Shown piece by piece: positions 9,225 through 18,929 of a stretch of DNA of 55,841 nt; the stretch's first letter is position 1, and each line of letters opens with the position of its first letter. Where the stretch lies: assembly GCA_043804895.1 (NCBI GenBank), contig JAZDIN010000020.1, positions 1 through 55,841 of the forward strand, written 5' to 3'. This DNA comes from Candidatus Altiarchaeota archaeon (GTDB lineage: Archaea; Altiarchaeota; Altiarchaeia; IMC4; SCGC-AAA252-I15). The notes beneath the pieces are model-generated. The model had not been told where the DNA came from. It saw only the letters and a program-made list of their open reading frames with translations, and searched no databases. A program made the translations under genes and the position numbers.

Positions 9225-11492
9225 ATGTTCGTGGAGCATCCTTTAGTGAGGGAGGGCAAGTTACAGTTGCGCCGCTACCAGGAGAGTATCGTAGCCAGGG
9301 CTGTGGAGGAGAGCACGCTTGTCGTCCTGCCGACCGGACTTGGCAAGACTGTTATCGCTGCAATGGTTGCCGCTCACCGCCTGCAGAAGTATCCAGGTAG
9401 CAGGGTATTGTTTCTTGCACCTACGAAGCCGCTTGTGGTGCAGCACATGAGGACTTTCCGGGAGCTTTTAAATGTTGAGGAGATGTGCGTTCTCACTGGA
9501 GAGGATGCTGTCGAAAAGAGGCGGGAGATGTGGGTCGGGAACAGGGTAATATTCGCGACACCCCAGACGATACAGAACGACGTCATCAGGGGGGTGAGTC
9601 TCCGCGACGTGTCGCTTGTGGTGTTCGACGAGGCTCATAGGGCTGTTGGGGATTACAGTTACGTGGCGATAGGTGCAGAGTATGTGAAATCTGCAGAGCA
9701 TCCGATGAGCCTTGGGTTGACTGCAAGCCCCTCAAGCGAGCGCGATAAGGTGGAGGAGATTTGCGCAAACCTTCGCACCAAGTACGTGGAGGCTAAGACA
9801 GACCTCGACTCTGACGTGAAGCCGTACATACAGGATGTTAAAGTCCACTGGGTGATGGTGGAGCTCCCTCAAGAATTCAAGCAGGTGCAGAAGCTATTGA
9901 AGGCAGTCCTTAAGGATGAGATTGAGAAGCTTAAGGAATTCGGTTACGTGCAGAGTTCTAACATGGGGCGAGTCAATAAGAGGGCGCTTTTAGAGGCTCA
10001 GCACAAGGTTAGGGGGGAGATAAGCTCTGGAGTTGAAGCGTATGCGGCGGCGTCGACAGTTGCGGCTGCAATCAAGGTGAACCACGGTATAGAGCTTCTG
10101 GAAACTCAAGGGATCGCAGCAGTAGATGAGTACTTCGAGAGGTTGAGGAAACAGGGCAGCAAGGCTGTGAAGGGGTTGATGAAGGACCTAGCCCTCATGA
10201 AGGCGATGACGGTGGTTGCGAAGATGCGGAAGGAGGGGGTGGAGCATCCAAAGATTGAGGAGCTTGTGAGAATAGTCTCAAGGTACAAGGGCAGGAAGGT
10301 GCTCGTGTTCACGCAGTATAGGGACTCAGTAGACATGATAATTAGGAGGCTGAACGAGGCTGACATACTCGCACACGAGTTCATAGGCCAGGCTGCGAGG
10401 GGCTTGAAGGAGGGGATGACGCAGAAGAGGCAGGTTGAGGTGTTAAATAAGTTCAGGGAGGGCGCGTACACCGCGCTTATCGCCACGTCCGTTGCTGAGG
10501 AGGGTTTGGACATACCGAAAGTGGATGCTGTCATTTTTTATGAGCCGGTTCCTTCAGAGATTAGGACTATACAGCGGAGGGGAAGGACTGGGAGGAGCGC
10601 AAGAGGGGAAGTCTACGTAATGATAGCGAAGGGCACGATGGATGAAGGCTACTACTGGGCGGCATTCCATAAGGAACGGAAGATGGGGGAAATGGTAAGG
10701 GACATGAGGAAGGGCTTGGTGAAGCAGAAGAGTATCGGAGAGTACGGAGTAGTTGAAGAGGAGCCAACTGCCGAAGATAACTCCAAGGGATTCGGGCAGC
10801 AAAGCCTATTCCAGTATGCCGTGGAGAAGGGGAGTAGAGTTAAGGTGATAGTCGACGTTAGGGAGCGCAACAGCAAGATACTATCAGTCCTGAAGGAGGT
10901 ATGCGACATCGAATTGAAGCAGCTTCCAGTCGGGGACTTCCTGCTATCCGACAGGGTCTGTGTCGAAAGAAAGACTGTCGGTGATTTCCTGCAGAGCATA
11001 GTGGACAAGAGACTTATGAGCCAGCTTTCTGAAATGAAGAGGAACTTCCAGATTCCTGTGCTCATACTAGAGGGGAGGGAGAGCATCTATTCGCAAAGGA
11101 ACATACACCCCAACGCTGCCAGGGGGGCGCTGGCTGCCATCGCCGTTGACTTCAACGTGCCGGTCATACCGACAGAAAACGAGGAGGACACGGCTCGTAT
11201 GCTTTATATGATAGCAAGGAGGGAGCAAGAGGAGAGCGGTCGTCCGGTCGCGTTGCGTGGCGAGAGGAAGCCGCAACTTTTGAAGGAGAAGCAACGGTTC
11301 ATCGTCGAGTCACTGCCTAACGTGTCGGCAGTCCTGGCTGATCGCCTCCTTGAGAGGTTCAACTCTGTCGAAGCGGTTATGACGACAGGCAGGAAGGAGT
11401 TACAAGCTATCGAAGGCATCGGCGAAAAGAAGGCTGAGGAGATAAGGAGGGTAGTGAAGAGCAGGTACGGTGAGGGGGACGAGAGTGGATGA
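9225..11492 (+). CDS. hef: Hef helicase/ERCC4 nuclease (FANCM/XPF homolog)
   Basis: Helicase motifs PTGLGKT, DEAH and QRRGRTGR; nuclease motif ERKTxxDF; C-terminal HhH pair. Confidence 0.95.
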   Translation: MFVEHPLVREGKLQLRRYQESIVARAVEESTLVVLPTGLGKTVIAAMVAAHRLQKYPGSRVLFLAPTKPLVVQHMRTFRELLNVEEMCVLTGEDAVEKRREMWVGNRVIFATPQTIQNDVIRGVSLRDVSLVVFDEAHRAVGDYSYVAIGAEYVKSAEHPMSLGLTASPSSERDKVEEICANLRTKYVEAKTDLDSDVKPYIQDVKVHWVMVELPQEFKQVQKLLKAVLKDEIEKLKEFGYVQSSNMGRVNKRALLEAQHKVRGEISSGVEAYAAASTVAAAIKVNHGIELLETQGIAAVDEYFERLRKQGSKAVKGLMKDLALMKAMTVVAKMRKEGVEHPKIEELVRIVSRYKGRKVLVFTQYRDSVDMIIRRLNEADILAHEFIGQAARGLKEGMTQKRQVEVLNKFREGAYTALIATSVAEEGLDIPKVDAVIFYEPVPSEIRTIQRRGRTGRSARGEVYVMIAKGTMDEGYYWAAFHKERKMGEMVRDMRKGLVKQKSIGEYGVVEEEPTAEDNSKGFGQQSLFQYAVEKGSRVKVIVDVRERNSKILSVLKEVCDIELKQLPVGDFLLSDRVCVERKTVGDFLQSIVDKRLMSQLSEMKRNFQIPVLILEGRESIYSQRNIHPNAARGALAAIAVDFNVPVIPTENEEDTARMLYMIARREQEESGRPVALRGERKPQLLKEKQRFIVESLPNVSAVLADRLLERFNSVEAVMTTGRKELQAIEGIGEKKAEEIRRVVKSRYGEGDESG

Positions 11493-11874
11493 GGTAGACG
11501 AGCGCAGGCGCGAATGGAAGGCCATCCATGAGCGCGAGGAGGAGAGGCGAATGAACATCCAGGAACTAAAAAAGTTAATGGAGTGCATGGGTGGGGGCAA
11601 GAAGACGGCGAAAAGCCTGTTAAAGCTTGTCGTCTACACTGGGGGGATCAAGGCCTCTGAGGCTGCGGATATAATAGGCGTTAGTAAGAACGTCATAGAC
11701 GGGTGGATTACGCTTTTAATATCTAAAGGCCTTGCTGAGGTGGAGAGCCGCAACAATCCTAACCCGAACATAAAGCCTACTAAGGGAGTTCTGATTAGGT
11801 TTAAGAGGTACCAGAAAAAAAGGCATATGATGGAGAGTAAGAGTGGGGGGAAGCGTTTAATAGGAGCGTTGTGA
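11485..11874 (+). CDS. Winged-helix domain hypothetical protein
   Basis: SLLKLV..GIKASEAADIIGVSKNVIDGWITLLISKGL; GTG start inferred from a G-rich RBS. Confidence 0.7.
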   Translation: MDEVDERRREWKAIHEREEERRMNIQELKKLMECMGGGKKTAKSLLKLVVYTGGIKASEAADIIGVSKNVIDGWITLLISKGLAEVESRNNPNPNIKPTKGVLIRFKRYQKKRHMMESKSGGKRLIGAL

Positions 11875-11885
11875 AGAATTAACTT

Positions 11886-12860
11886 ATGGAAGACGTCTGG
11901 GATGTTTTGATGGATGAGAAGAAGACCATCAAGAGCCTGCTCAACCTTGTGATAAGAGAGGAGGGGATAAGCCCGACAGACTCTGCTGAGATTCTAGGTG
12001 TTGAAAGGAGCATTATGGACAAGTGGGTGACTGTGCTTCTTGGTAAAAGATACGTTGAGGTCGACGCCAAAGGGCTTCTGAAACCGACGAAAGAGTTTTG
12101 GGAAAAGTATAGAAAGGTGAGGGAAAATAGTGAGGCCATTGGAGTGGAGGGGGACATTACCCCACAGGATGACTTACGCAGCGAATTAGAAGGGGAACAG
12201 CAAAAGATTAAAAAACTGGAGGCTGAACTTGAGGAGAAAACACGGATATTGGATAGTATAAAGGCTGACCTCATAGCAGAGAAGAAGAGTAAGGCCGAAC
12301 TTGAGGAGAGGCTTGAGGAGGTTCGAAGGCAAGGCAAGAGAGAAGTGCAGGAAAAGGTTGGTGAAGTGCATGTGAGATTAGATCGTGAATGCGCTGAGAG
12401 GGGGAAATTAGAAGAGCTACTAAGAAGGATAAGGGCGGGGGGGGAAATCCCCGAGGGTGAAGTTGAGGGCGTATATGTCGAGGAATCCAAACCTGAGGGG
12501 AAGGTAGAAGAGTTGACGCAGGTAAATGAAGTCAAGCCTGAAAGAGCAGAACCCAAGCCAGTTGAGAGAGTGGTTGGATCAGTTGAAGGGGAGGGGGATG
12601 TTAGGCTACTTTTGAGGATGTTGGAGGAGAAATCACCAGTAAGCCTGAAGGATGCTGCAAAAAAGTTGGGAGCTGACCCGGGTTTAGTGGGCGCATGGGT
12701 CAAGGAGCTGGATAGGATGGGGGCGGTCGATATCAAAAGAAGCATATTCGGCGGAGTTAACATAAGGTTGAGGAAGGATATAGAGTTGAGTAAGGTTATG
12801 CAGGAGGTTGAGGGAGAGAAGGTGAGGGATGAACTTGCTAGGATGAGGGGACGCAGGTAA
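11886..12860 (+). CDS. wHTH-coiled coil-wHTH hypothetical protein
   Basis: N- and C-terminal HTH-like segments resemble the upstream ORF; the centre is an E/K/R-rich heptad region. Confidence 0.75.
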   Translation: MEDVWDVLMDEKKTIKSLLNLVIREEGISPTDSAEILGVERSIMDKWVTVLLGKRYVEVDAKGLLKPTKEFWEKYRKVRENSEAIGVEGDITPQDDLRSELEGEQQKIKKLEAELEEKTRILDSIKADLIAEKKSKAELEERLEEVRRQGKREVQEKVGEVHVRLDRECAERGKLEELLRRIRAGGEIPEGEVEGVYVEESKPEGKVEELTQVNEVKPERAEPKPVERVVGSVEGEGDVRLLLRMLEEKSPVSLKDAAKKLGADPGLVGAWVKELDRMGAVDIKRSIFGGVNIRLRKDIELSKVMQEVEGEKVRDELARMRGRR

Positions 12861-14158
12861 TGGCAGTGCTGATACTTAATTCAGGAAGATGTAATCATGC
12901 CCGGTGCTTTTTCTGCGGCTACGGGAGGGTAAGGGGAATCCAACCGACAGCCGAGAACGTGAAGGAGTGCCTACGAAAATTCTTCAGCGGACTGGTTGAG
13001 GGGGAGGTGAAAGTCTTCGGCTCAGGAAGTTTCTTCGACGAGAAGCAGATACCATCAGAAGCCAGGAGATACTTTATTGACGAGTGCAAACGGAAGAATG
13101 TTGAAAAAATAACACTCGAGTCAAGGCCTGAGTTCGTGAAAACGGAATTTCTTGAGGAGTTCAAGGGTTTCCAGCTTACTGTCGCAATCGGCTTAGAGTC
13201 CTCTGATGACAATCTCCTGAAGAAGCTGAATAAAGGCTATGGTACGAAGGAATATGAGACAGCTGCGAGGGTAGTTCATGAGGGAGGATTTAAGGTCAGG
13301 ACCTACCTCCTCGTGAATCCACCGTTTATTAAGGATGGGAGGAAGAACCTGGACAAGGACGTGGAATACGCACTCAAACACTCTGATAGTATAGTGCTCA
13401 TAAACACCCTACCGCATGCGAATGCCCCATTATTTCGGATGTGGGTGAATGGAGAGTGGAATTTTCTATCTAAAAAGGAATTCGAGGATGCTAGTGGAAA
13501 ATGGAGAGGAAATCCGAAAGTGGAGTTCGATGCTGAGACATTTAAGTTCACTCCATCGTTCCCTGACGAATCCAAGGAGAACCTCGTTGGCGTCGGAGAA
13601 TGGTACCTGACCCACCCACACTACGAAGTCTGGCAGGACTATCTGATAAGATGGTACAGGCCACCTGAGGGGAGGGTGCTTTTATTCCTCCCATGTTCCA
13701 GGAGGAAACCCTACTCCCTTTCCAAGACTCATGAGAGGATAATCGGTGTCCTTGAGGAGGAGGGGAGGAACAACTTCCATGAAGTCATGTTGAGCAACGC
13801 CGGAGTAGTGCCGCGGGAGTTCGAGGACAGGTACCCCTTCGAAAGCTACGATTGGGATGAGAGCCTGGAGACGCCTGAGATTAAGGCAAGGTACGTGGAG
13901 GTGACGGCAGAAAGGATAAGACAGTACTTAACAGCCCACAGGCAATATTATAAGGGCGTGGTCTGCTTCCTCAAACACGACAGCGAATCCTACGAGGCCT
14001 TGAGGAGAGCATGTGGTGAACTTGACGTGGAAGTGAAGAACCTCCTCAGGAAGGAGACGTACGAGAGAATCAGAGGGCAGGACAGGCCGCTTCAGAGTGA
14101 TGAATCTGTTGTGGATTTGGCGGAGGGTGTGAGATGGTGTCTGCGAAATTTCACATAG
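12860..14158 (+). CDS. RaSEA-like radical SAM domain fused to a DUF5591 (ArcS-like) domain; likely archaeosine biosynthesis
   Basis: N-half has CNHARCFFCGY, GSGSFFD, ESRPEF, AIGLES and RTYLLVNPPF. C-half has LFLPCSRRKPYSLSKTH, GVVPREFE and YPFESYDWDE. Confidence 0.7.
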   Translation: MAVLILNSGRCNHARCFFCGYGRVRGIQPTAENVKECLRKFFSGLVEGEVKVFGSGSFFDEKQIPSEARRYFIDECKRKNVEKITLESRPEFVKTEFLEEFKGFQLTVAIGLESSDDNLLKKLNKGYGTKEYETAARVVHEGGFKVRTYLLVNPPFIKDGRKNLDKDVEYALKHSDSIVLINTLPHANAPLFRMWVNGEWNFLSKKEFEDASGKWRGNPKVEFDAETFKFTPSFPDESKENLVGVGEWYLTHPHYEVWQDYLIRWYRPPEGRVLLFLPCSRRKPYSLSKTHERIIGVLEEEGRNNFHEVMLSNAGVVPREFEDRYPFESYDWDESLETPEIKARYVEVTAERIRQYLTAHRQYYKGVVCFLKHDSESYEALRRACGELDVEVKNLLRKETYERIRGQDRPLQSDESVVDLAEGVRWCLRNFT

Positions 14159-14604
14159 TCGGCGAGGATGGGGAGTGGTTCAGGGTGAGGGTGCAGGAGG
14201 AGATCTACGCGCACGGCCTTGAGGGTAGCGTCCTTTTAGCAGCTACCAGGACGCTGGTCGTGGTGGTTGAGGGGGATAAGAGCAGGATAAAAAGACTGCA
14301 CAGCGACATGGTCGAAGTCTGCCCGAATGGCATAACATGCACTGGGCTGGTGTTCAGCATACAGAGGCCTCAGAGGGAGTTTAGGATAGGCCAGTACGGC
14401 AGCCACGGCAGCGTCCCGACTCTTGAGTATATCATGCAGATTCTCAGCGAGATGGAGAGGAGCATGATAAGGGTTAACCAGAAGCTTGACAGGCTGATTG
14501 CGTTGCGGGAGGGAGGGAGTAGCGGGGGGGTAGTAAGTGAGAGGAAGGACACGGCAATTGGTGAGGATGCTACAAGCGGGTTCGCGAGCATGTTCGGGGA
14601 CTAG
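14134..14604 (+). CDS. Acylphosphatase-like domain protein (degenerate) with C-terminal coiled segment
   Basis: FRVRVQEE...GLEGSV...VVVVEGDK follows the AcP pattern but lacks VQGVGFR. Confidence 0.6.
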   Translation: MVSAKFHIVGEDGEWFRVRVQEEIYAHGLEGSVLLAATRTLVVVVEGDKSRIKRLHSDMVEVCPNGITCTGLVFSIQRPQREFRIGQYGSHGSVPTLEYIMQILSEMERSMIRVNQKLDRLIALREGGSSGGVVSERKDTAIGEDATSGFASMFGD

Positions 14605-14805
14605 TTACTTTCCGAGCTTCTCCATCTGACTTTGTATTTCAAGTATCTTCTTGTGGTATTCCCTCTGCTTGTGGGTTTTCACAAGCGTGCTTTCGCTGGA
14701 GTTGCGCAACTCCCTGGCGAGAGTCTGATATTTTGAAAGTTCAGCCTCGAACTCCTGCCTCTTCTTTGCGTGGCGCGCATGCGCCGCGGCCGAACGCCTT
14801 GCCAT
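14605..14805 (-). CDS. Small basic helical hypothetical protein
   Basis: 66-aa ORF fills the gap between convergent and divergent genes; TTTAA about 25 nt upstream. Confidence 0.65.
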   Translation of the reverse strand: MARRSAAAHARHAKKRQEFEAELSKYQTLARELRNSSESTLVKTHKQREYHKKILEIQSQMEKLGK

Positions 14806-14840
14806 GACTAATATATGGTCCGGCGATTAAATAGTAGGTT

Positions 14841-15545
14841 ATGCAGGTCATCCCGGCCGTCGATTTGATGGGCGGCAGGTGCGTGCAATTGGTAGGCGGA
14901 AGGCCTGAGACTAGGATAGACTATGGCGACCCTGTTGAGAAGGCGCTTGAATGGGTTGGTGAGGGCGCTAGTATGCTCCACTTGGTCGACTTGGACGCTG
15001 CGCTCGGTTTCGGCAGCAACCTTGAGGTTATGCTTAAGGTCAAGAGAAGTTGCGCAGTTCCAGTCGAATTAGGTGGCGGAATACGCGACATTGATTCTGC
15101 AAGGATGCTACTTGAGGAGTTGGGGGAGGAGGATAGGATAATAATAGGGACCATGGCTGTGAAGGAGTACCCTGGATTCAAGACCCTGAAGGAACTTGAG
15201 GAGTATAGTGATAGGATTATCGTGTCAGTCGACTCTAAGGGTGGGAGGGTGGTAAGCGGAGGATGGGCCGCAGAGAGCAGGCTCACAGCTGCCCAGGTTA
15301 TGGAGGCCTGCGGAGACTTGGTGTGGGGTTTCCTGTACACTGACGTTGACGTCGAAGGTAGGATGGGGGGAGTCAACAATGAGCGGGTGAGGGAGGTTGT
15401 GAGGTCAACGCATAATCCTGTCATAGTTTCAGGTGGGGTGACAAGCAAGGTGGATGTCGATGCGTGTGAAGAGGTTGGAGCATGGGGGGTCGTACTCGGG
15501 AAGGCATTGTATGAAGGAAAGATGACATTGCGAGAGGTTGTTTGA
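14841..15545 (+). CDS. hisA: ProFAR isomerase (HisA)
   Basis: Motifs VIPAVDLMGGRCVQL, LHLVDLDAA, GGGIRD, SGGV and GKALYEG. Confidence 0.92.
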   Translation: MQVIPAVDLMGGRCVQLVGGRPETRIDYGDPVEKALEWVGEGASMLHLVDLDAALGFGSNLEVMLKVKRSCAVPVELGGGIRDIDSARMLLEELGEEDRIIIGTMAVKEYPGFKTLKELEEYSDRIIVSVDSKGGRVVSGGWAAESRLTAAQVMEACGDLVWGFLYTDVDVEGRMGGVNNERVREVVRSTHNPVIVSGGVTSKVDVDACEEVGAWGVVLGKALYEGKMTLREVV

Positions 15546-16786
15546 TGGAATTTTCTTCTGATAGGAGGGTCCTCATCTTCATCTTGTTTGTTTATGTTGC
15601 GTTCATGTTCTACAGCCCCCAGAACATCAGCCACCATAGAAAGGCAGAGTGGTGGGTTGGAGTGCCAACAAGTTTTTATGGTGATGGACAGCGATATTAC
15701 CAGCTTACAAGAGAGATAGCCGACAACGGCAGATTAAACGTTTTTGATGATGTTTCAGGGTTAAAAAATCCTATAAGCTTAAGCCGTGGTGTTGGGGGTA
15801 GGGTCTACATAACCCACTCACCCGGACTTTCCTTCCTGGGGGTCCCGTTTTATATTTTACTCCGTGAACCAGGGTTGTATCTGCTCAACGTTCTGCTCGG
15901 GTGGTTAACCTGTGTTTTCATCTACTACACATGCGAACTCTACGTTACAAAAGATTCCGCAGCAAAAACAACGATGTTCTTTGGCTTGGGGACTATGATG
16001 TTCACATACAGTGAAGTGTTCTATGCAGACATACTTTCGGCCGCCCTGGTTTCAGGTTCGTTCTACTTCATGCTGAGATATTCTAAGTTAGGGGGATTAA
16101 GGCATATGGTTTATTCCGGACTTCTGGCTGGCCTTATGCCCCTGAGTAAACCAACTCTTGTTTCCCTAGCCTTTGTGCTCGCCCTATATGCCGCATATAA
16201 GAGAGGGTTTAAGGCTGTGGGATTTTTTGCATTGGGTTTTATCCTCTTAGGCTGGGTCTTCATTGCGTATAATATGGTATGTTTTGGGATGCCATTCATG
16301 ACGGGCTATAATACGACCCTGCAATCTTTGAATGGTGAGCTTACGCTCATTGACCACACTAGCAGTTATTTTTGGAGTAACAATCTTATGAAAACAGTGC
16401 CGTTGATGGTGTTGATTCTGGTCATGACACAACCGATAGTCCTCGCTTCGGTAGTGGGTATATTGAAGGAGAAAAGGGATGAGAATAGTGTGGTGGCAAT
16501 CTCGGTGGTAATCCTCCTTTTGATTTATGGTCGTTTTTTCAGTCCACTGGGTACTTGGTGCTGGAGTGTAAGGTATCTTCTACCTGCCCTCCCACTTCTT
16601 GCCTTGCCTTTTTCTTTCTCGTACGAGAGAGAGCTCGTCCCGCACTACCTTGTGTGGGCATTATTTTATATATCGCTCCTGCTGACAATTCTAAGCCTTG
16701 CGCCGGCAGTCTGGCATGCCTTCAGTGGTATGTCCCTTGTCGAGATGGCTAACCTTAATCCGCTTATTAAGCCCAATATGGTTTGA
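15542..16786 (+). CDS. Multi-TM GT-C fold glycosyltransferase (PMT/ArnT-like)
   Basis: About 10 hydrophobic segments; GDG..YY loop, PGLSFLGVPFY and RYLLPALPLL. Confidence 0.65.
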   Translation: MMEFSSDRRVLIFILFVYVAFMFYSPQNISHHRKAEWWVGVPTSFYGDGQRYYQLTREIADNGRLNVFDDVSGLKNPISLSRGVGGRVYITHSPGLSFLGVPFYILLREPGLYLLNVLLGWLTCVFIYYTCELYVTKDSAAKTTMFFGLGTMMFTYSEVFYADILSAALVSGSFYFMLRYSKLGGLRHMVYSGLLAGLMPLSKPTLVSLAFVLALYAAYKRGFKAVGFFALGFILLGWVFIAYNMVCFGMPFMTGYNTTLQSLNGELTLIDHTSSYFWSNNLMKTVPLMVLILVMTQPIVLASVVGILKEKRDENSVVAISVVILLLIYGRFFSPLGTWCWSVRYLLPALPLLALPFSFSYERELVPHYLVWALFYISLLLTILSLAPAVWHAFSGMSLVEMANLNPLIKPNMV

Positions 16787-16794
16787 TAGTTAAG

Positions 16795-17559
16795 ATGGCA
16801 CAGTTGATTACTTTAACCACTGACTTTCACGGCAGCTACTATGTCGGCGAGATGAAGGGGGTTGTGAGGAAAGTCAACCCACTAGCCGACGTTATTGACA
16901 TCACCCATTCAGTCTCAAGACATAATATCATTGAGGGAGCGTTCATACTATCCAGGATTTGGAGGCATTTCCCGAAAAACACTGTACACGTAGCCGTTGT
17001 AGACCCCGGTGTCGGCTCACAGCGGAAGGCTGTAGCTGTTGAGACAGAGTACTGCATGTTAATCGGCCCTGATAACGGCGTGTTGAGGTGGGCTCTGAGG
17101 GGTCAGGAGGTGGTGAGGGTTGTGGAGTTGGACGGCAAGATTGTACAAGAGAGGGCTGGTTTGAGTGACCTGTCACTCACATTCCACGGCAGGGACGTCT
17201 TCGCCCCGGCTGCGGCATTGATTTCCAAAGGCGCCGACGTGGACGGATTAGGCAGGAGGGTTGATGACATCGGGAAGCTTGATGTGAAGGAGGACATGGT
17301 CGTATATGTGGATTCCTTCGGAAACATTGTGACTACTGTCGCTGTTGAGATGGTTGCGGGCAAGAAGGCAGTCGTCCGCCATGGAGGGAAAAATTACGAC
17401 GCCTCCACTGCCATAACTTACTCCGACCTTGTGGAGGGGGGTTTGGTCGTGTTGATTGGGAGCCACGGGCTGGTAGAGGTGGGGGTTAACAGGGGGAACG
17501 CTGCTGAGAGGCTTGGCGTCAAGGTCGGGGATGCCATAGGAGTCGAGTATGTTGATTGA
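16795..17559 (+). CDS. SAM hydroxide adenosyltransferase / chlorinase-fluorinase family (DUF62)
   Basis: Motifs ITLTTDF, VVDPGVGSQR, GPDNG, TFHGRDVFAP and DSFGN. Confidence 0.93.
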   Translation: MAQLITLTTDFHGSYYVGEMKGVVRKVNPLADVIDITHSVSRHNIIEGAFILSRIWRHFPKNTVHVAVVDPGVGSQRKAVAVETEYCMLIGPDNGVLRWALRGQEVVRVVELDGKIVQERAGLSDLSLTFHGRDVFAPAAALISKGADVDGLGRRVDDIGKLDVKEDMVVYVDSFGNIVTTVAVEMVAGKKAVVRHGGKNYDASTAITYSDLVEGGLVVLIGSHGLVEVGVNRGNAAERLGVKVGDAIGVEYVD

Positions 17560-18295
17560 CGTCCACTGCCACCTTGACTTCAAGGAGTTCGACGCCGATA
17601 GAGATGCAGTTGTAGAGAGGGCTAAGGACATTTTAGTAGTCAATTCCACAGTGGATGTGGGGTTAGTGGAAAAGGGACTTATGCTGGCTGAACGGTATAG
17701 GAACGTATACTGCATGCTCGGTTTTTCCGCAAGCGAACTTGACGAGGACAAATTCGCCAGGATGTGCAAGTTGATTAAAGGCAACCGAGATAAGATCATT
17801 GGATTAGGCGAAATCGGGCTCGATTACTATTGGGTGAAAGACGAAGCCGGCCGCCAAGTTGAGAGGGAGCACTTCACAACGCTCGTTAAGCTGAGTCGGG
17901 ATTTGAAGCTCCCGGCAGTTGTGCACTCTAGGGACGCGGAGTCTGAGTGCATTAATATACTCGCAGGGCATAAGGTTAGAGCTATAATGCACTGCTTCTC
18001 AGGGACTTTAGGGGAGGCTTTGGACGCCATCGATTTCGGTTGCCTGATATCTGTACCGACGAATGTCGTGTACGCCAAGAGCAAGCAGACCCTTGTTGGT
18101 GACCTGCCTCTTGAGTCTATAGTACTTGAGACTGACGCTCCTTTCCTGAGCCCCGTGAGGGGGCAGCGTAATGAGCCGGCGAACGTGAGGGCCGCAGCCC
18201 TTAAGGTTGCGGAAATCAGGGGAGTTGACGTCAGTACGGTTGAGGAGGTTACATCAAAGAATGCAATCAGTTTCCTTGGGATAAAATATGGTTAA
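17549..18295 (+). CDS. tatD: TatD-family hydrolase
   Basis: Motifs DVHCHL, GEIGLDY, VHSRDA, HCFSG and ETDAPFL. Confidence 0.93.
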   Translation: MLIDVHCHLDFKEFDADRDAVVERAKDILVVNSTVDVGLVEKGLMLAERYRNVYCMLGFSASELDEDKFARMCKLIKGNRDKIIGLGEIGLDYYWVKDEAGRQVEREHFTTLVKLSRDLKLPAVVHSRDAESECINILAGHKVRAIMHCFSGTLGEALDAIDFGCLISVPTNVVYAKSKQTLVGDLPLESIVLETDAPFLSPVRGQRNEPANVRAAALKVAEIRGVDVSTVEEVTSKNAISFLGIKYG

Positions 18296-18920
18296 GGCTG
18301 TTCTTTTAGACTGGGACGGTACGTTATGGGACGTCCTCGGATTCATGGTGGAGACGTACACCGAGATATTCGACCACTTCGACCTCAGGCCTTGGACGAG
18401 GCAGGAGTATCAGGAGAAGTTCAGGCATGACTGGCGCGACATGCTAGACGACATGGGCTTGAGCGAGCATGAGGAGTATGTCATCGACTACTGGGACCAT
18501 AAGATAAGCACCGAACGGCCGCTCGCATACGAGTGGGTGAGTGAATTCGAGGATGAGTTGAGCAGGGACTACCTTTTGGGTGTGGTCTCCTCTGCGCCGA
18601 GGAGGCCGCTCGTCAGGGAGCTTGAAAGGAACGACATACTCAAGAACATGGGTGTCGTGGTCTCAGGGGATGACTTTGAGGAGAGAAAACCCTCGCCTGT
18701 GCCGTTCTTGTACGCTACACGGAAGCTTGGAGTGAAACCATCTGAGTGTGCGTACGTCGGAGACATGGTCGAGGACATACAGGCATGTAGGGAGGCGGAC
18801 ATGGCGGTCGCGGCCGTGACCTGGGGCCTGCACAGCAGGGAGAGACTGGAGGCTGAGAAACCGGATTTTATCGCTGACACCCCAAAACAGGTTCTGGATT
18901 TTATAAGAGGACTACCATAA
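18288..18920 (+). CDS. HAD-superfamily hydrolase
   Basis: Motifs DWDGTL, KPSP and VGDMVEDI. Confidence 0.9.
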   Translation: MVKAVLLDWDGTLWDVLGFMVETYTEIFDHFDLRPWTRQEYQEKFRHDWRDMLDDMGLSEHEEYVIDYWDHKISTERPLAYEWVSEFEDELSRDYLLGVVSSAPRRPLVRELERNDILKNMGVVVSGDDFEERKPSPVPFLYATRKLGVKPSECAYVGDMVEDIQACREADMAVAAVTWGLHSRERLEAEKPDFIADTPKQVLDFIRGLP

Positions 18921-18929
18921 GGTAAGCCT

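Noticed and set aside
11879-12763. 294-aa minus-strand ORF
   Set aside because: Ser/Leu/Phe-rich antisense shadow of the E/K-rich plus-strand gene.
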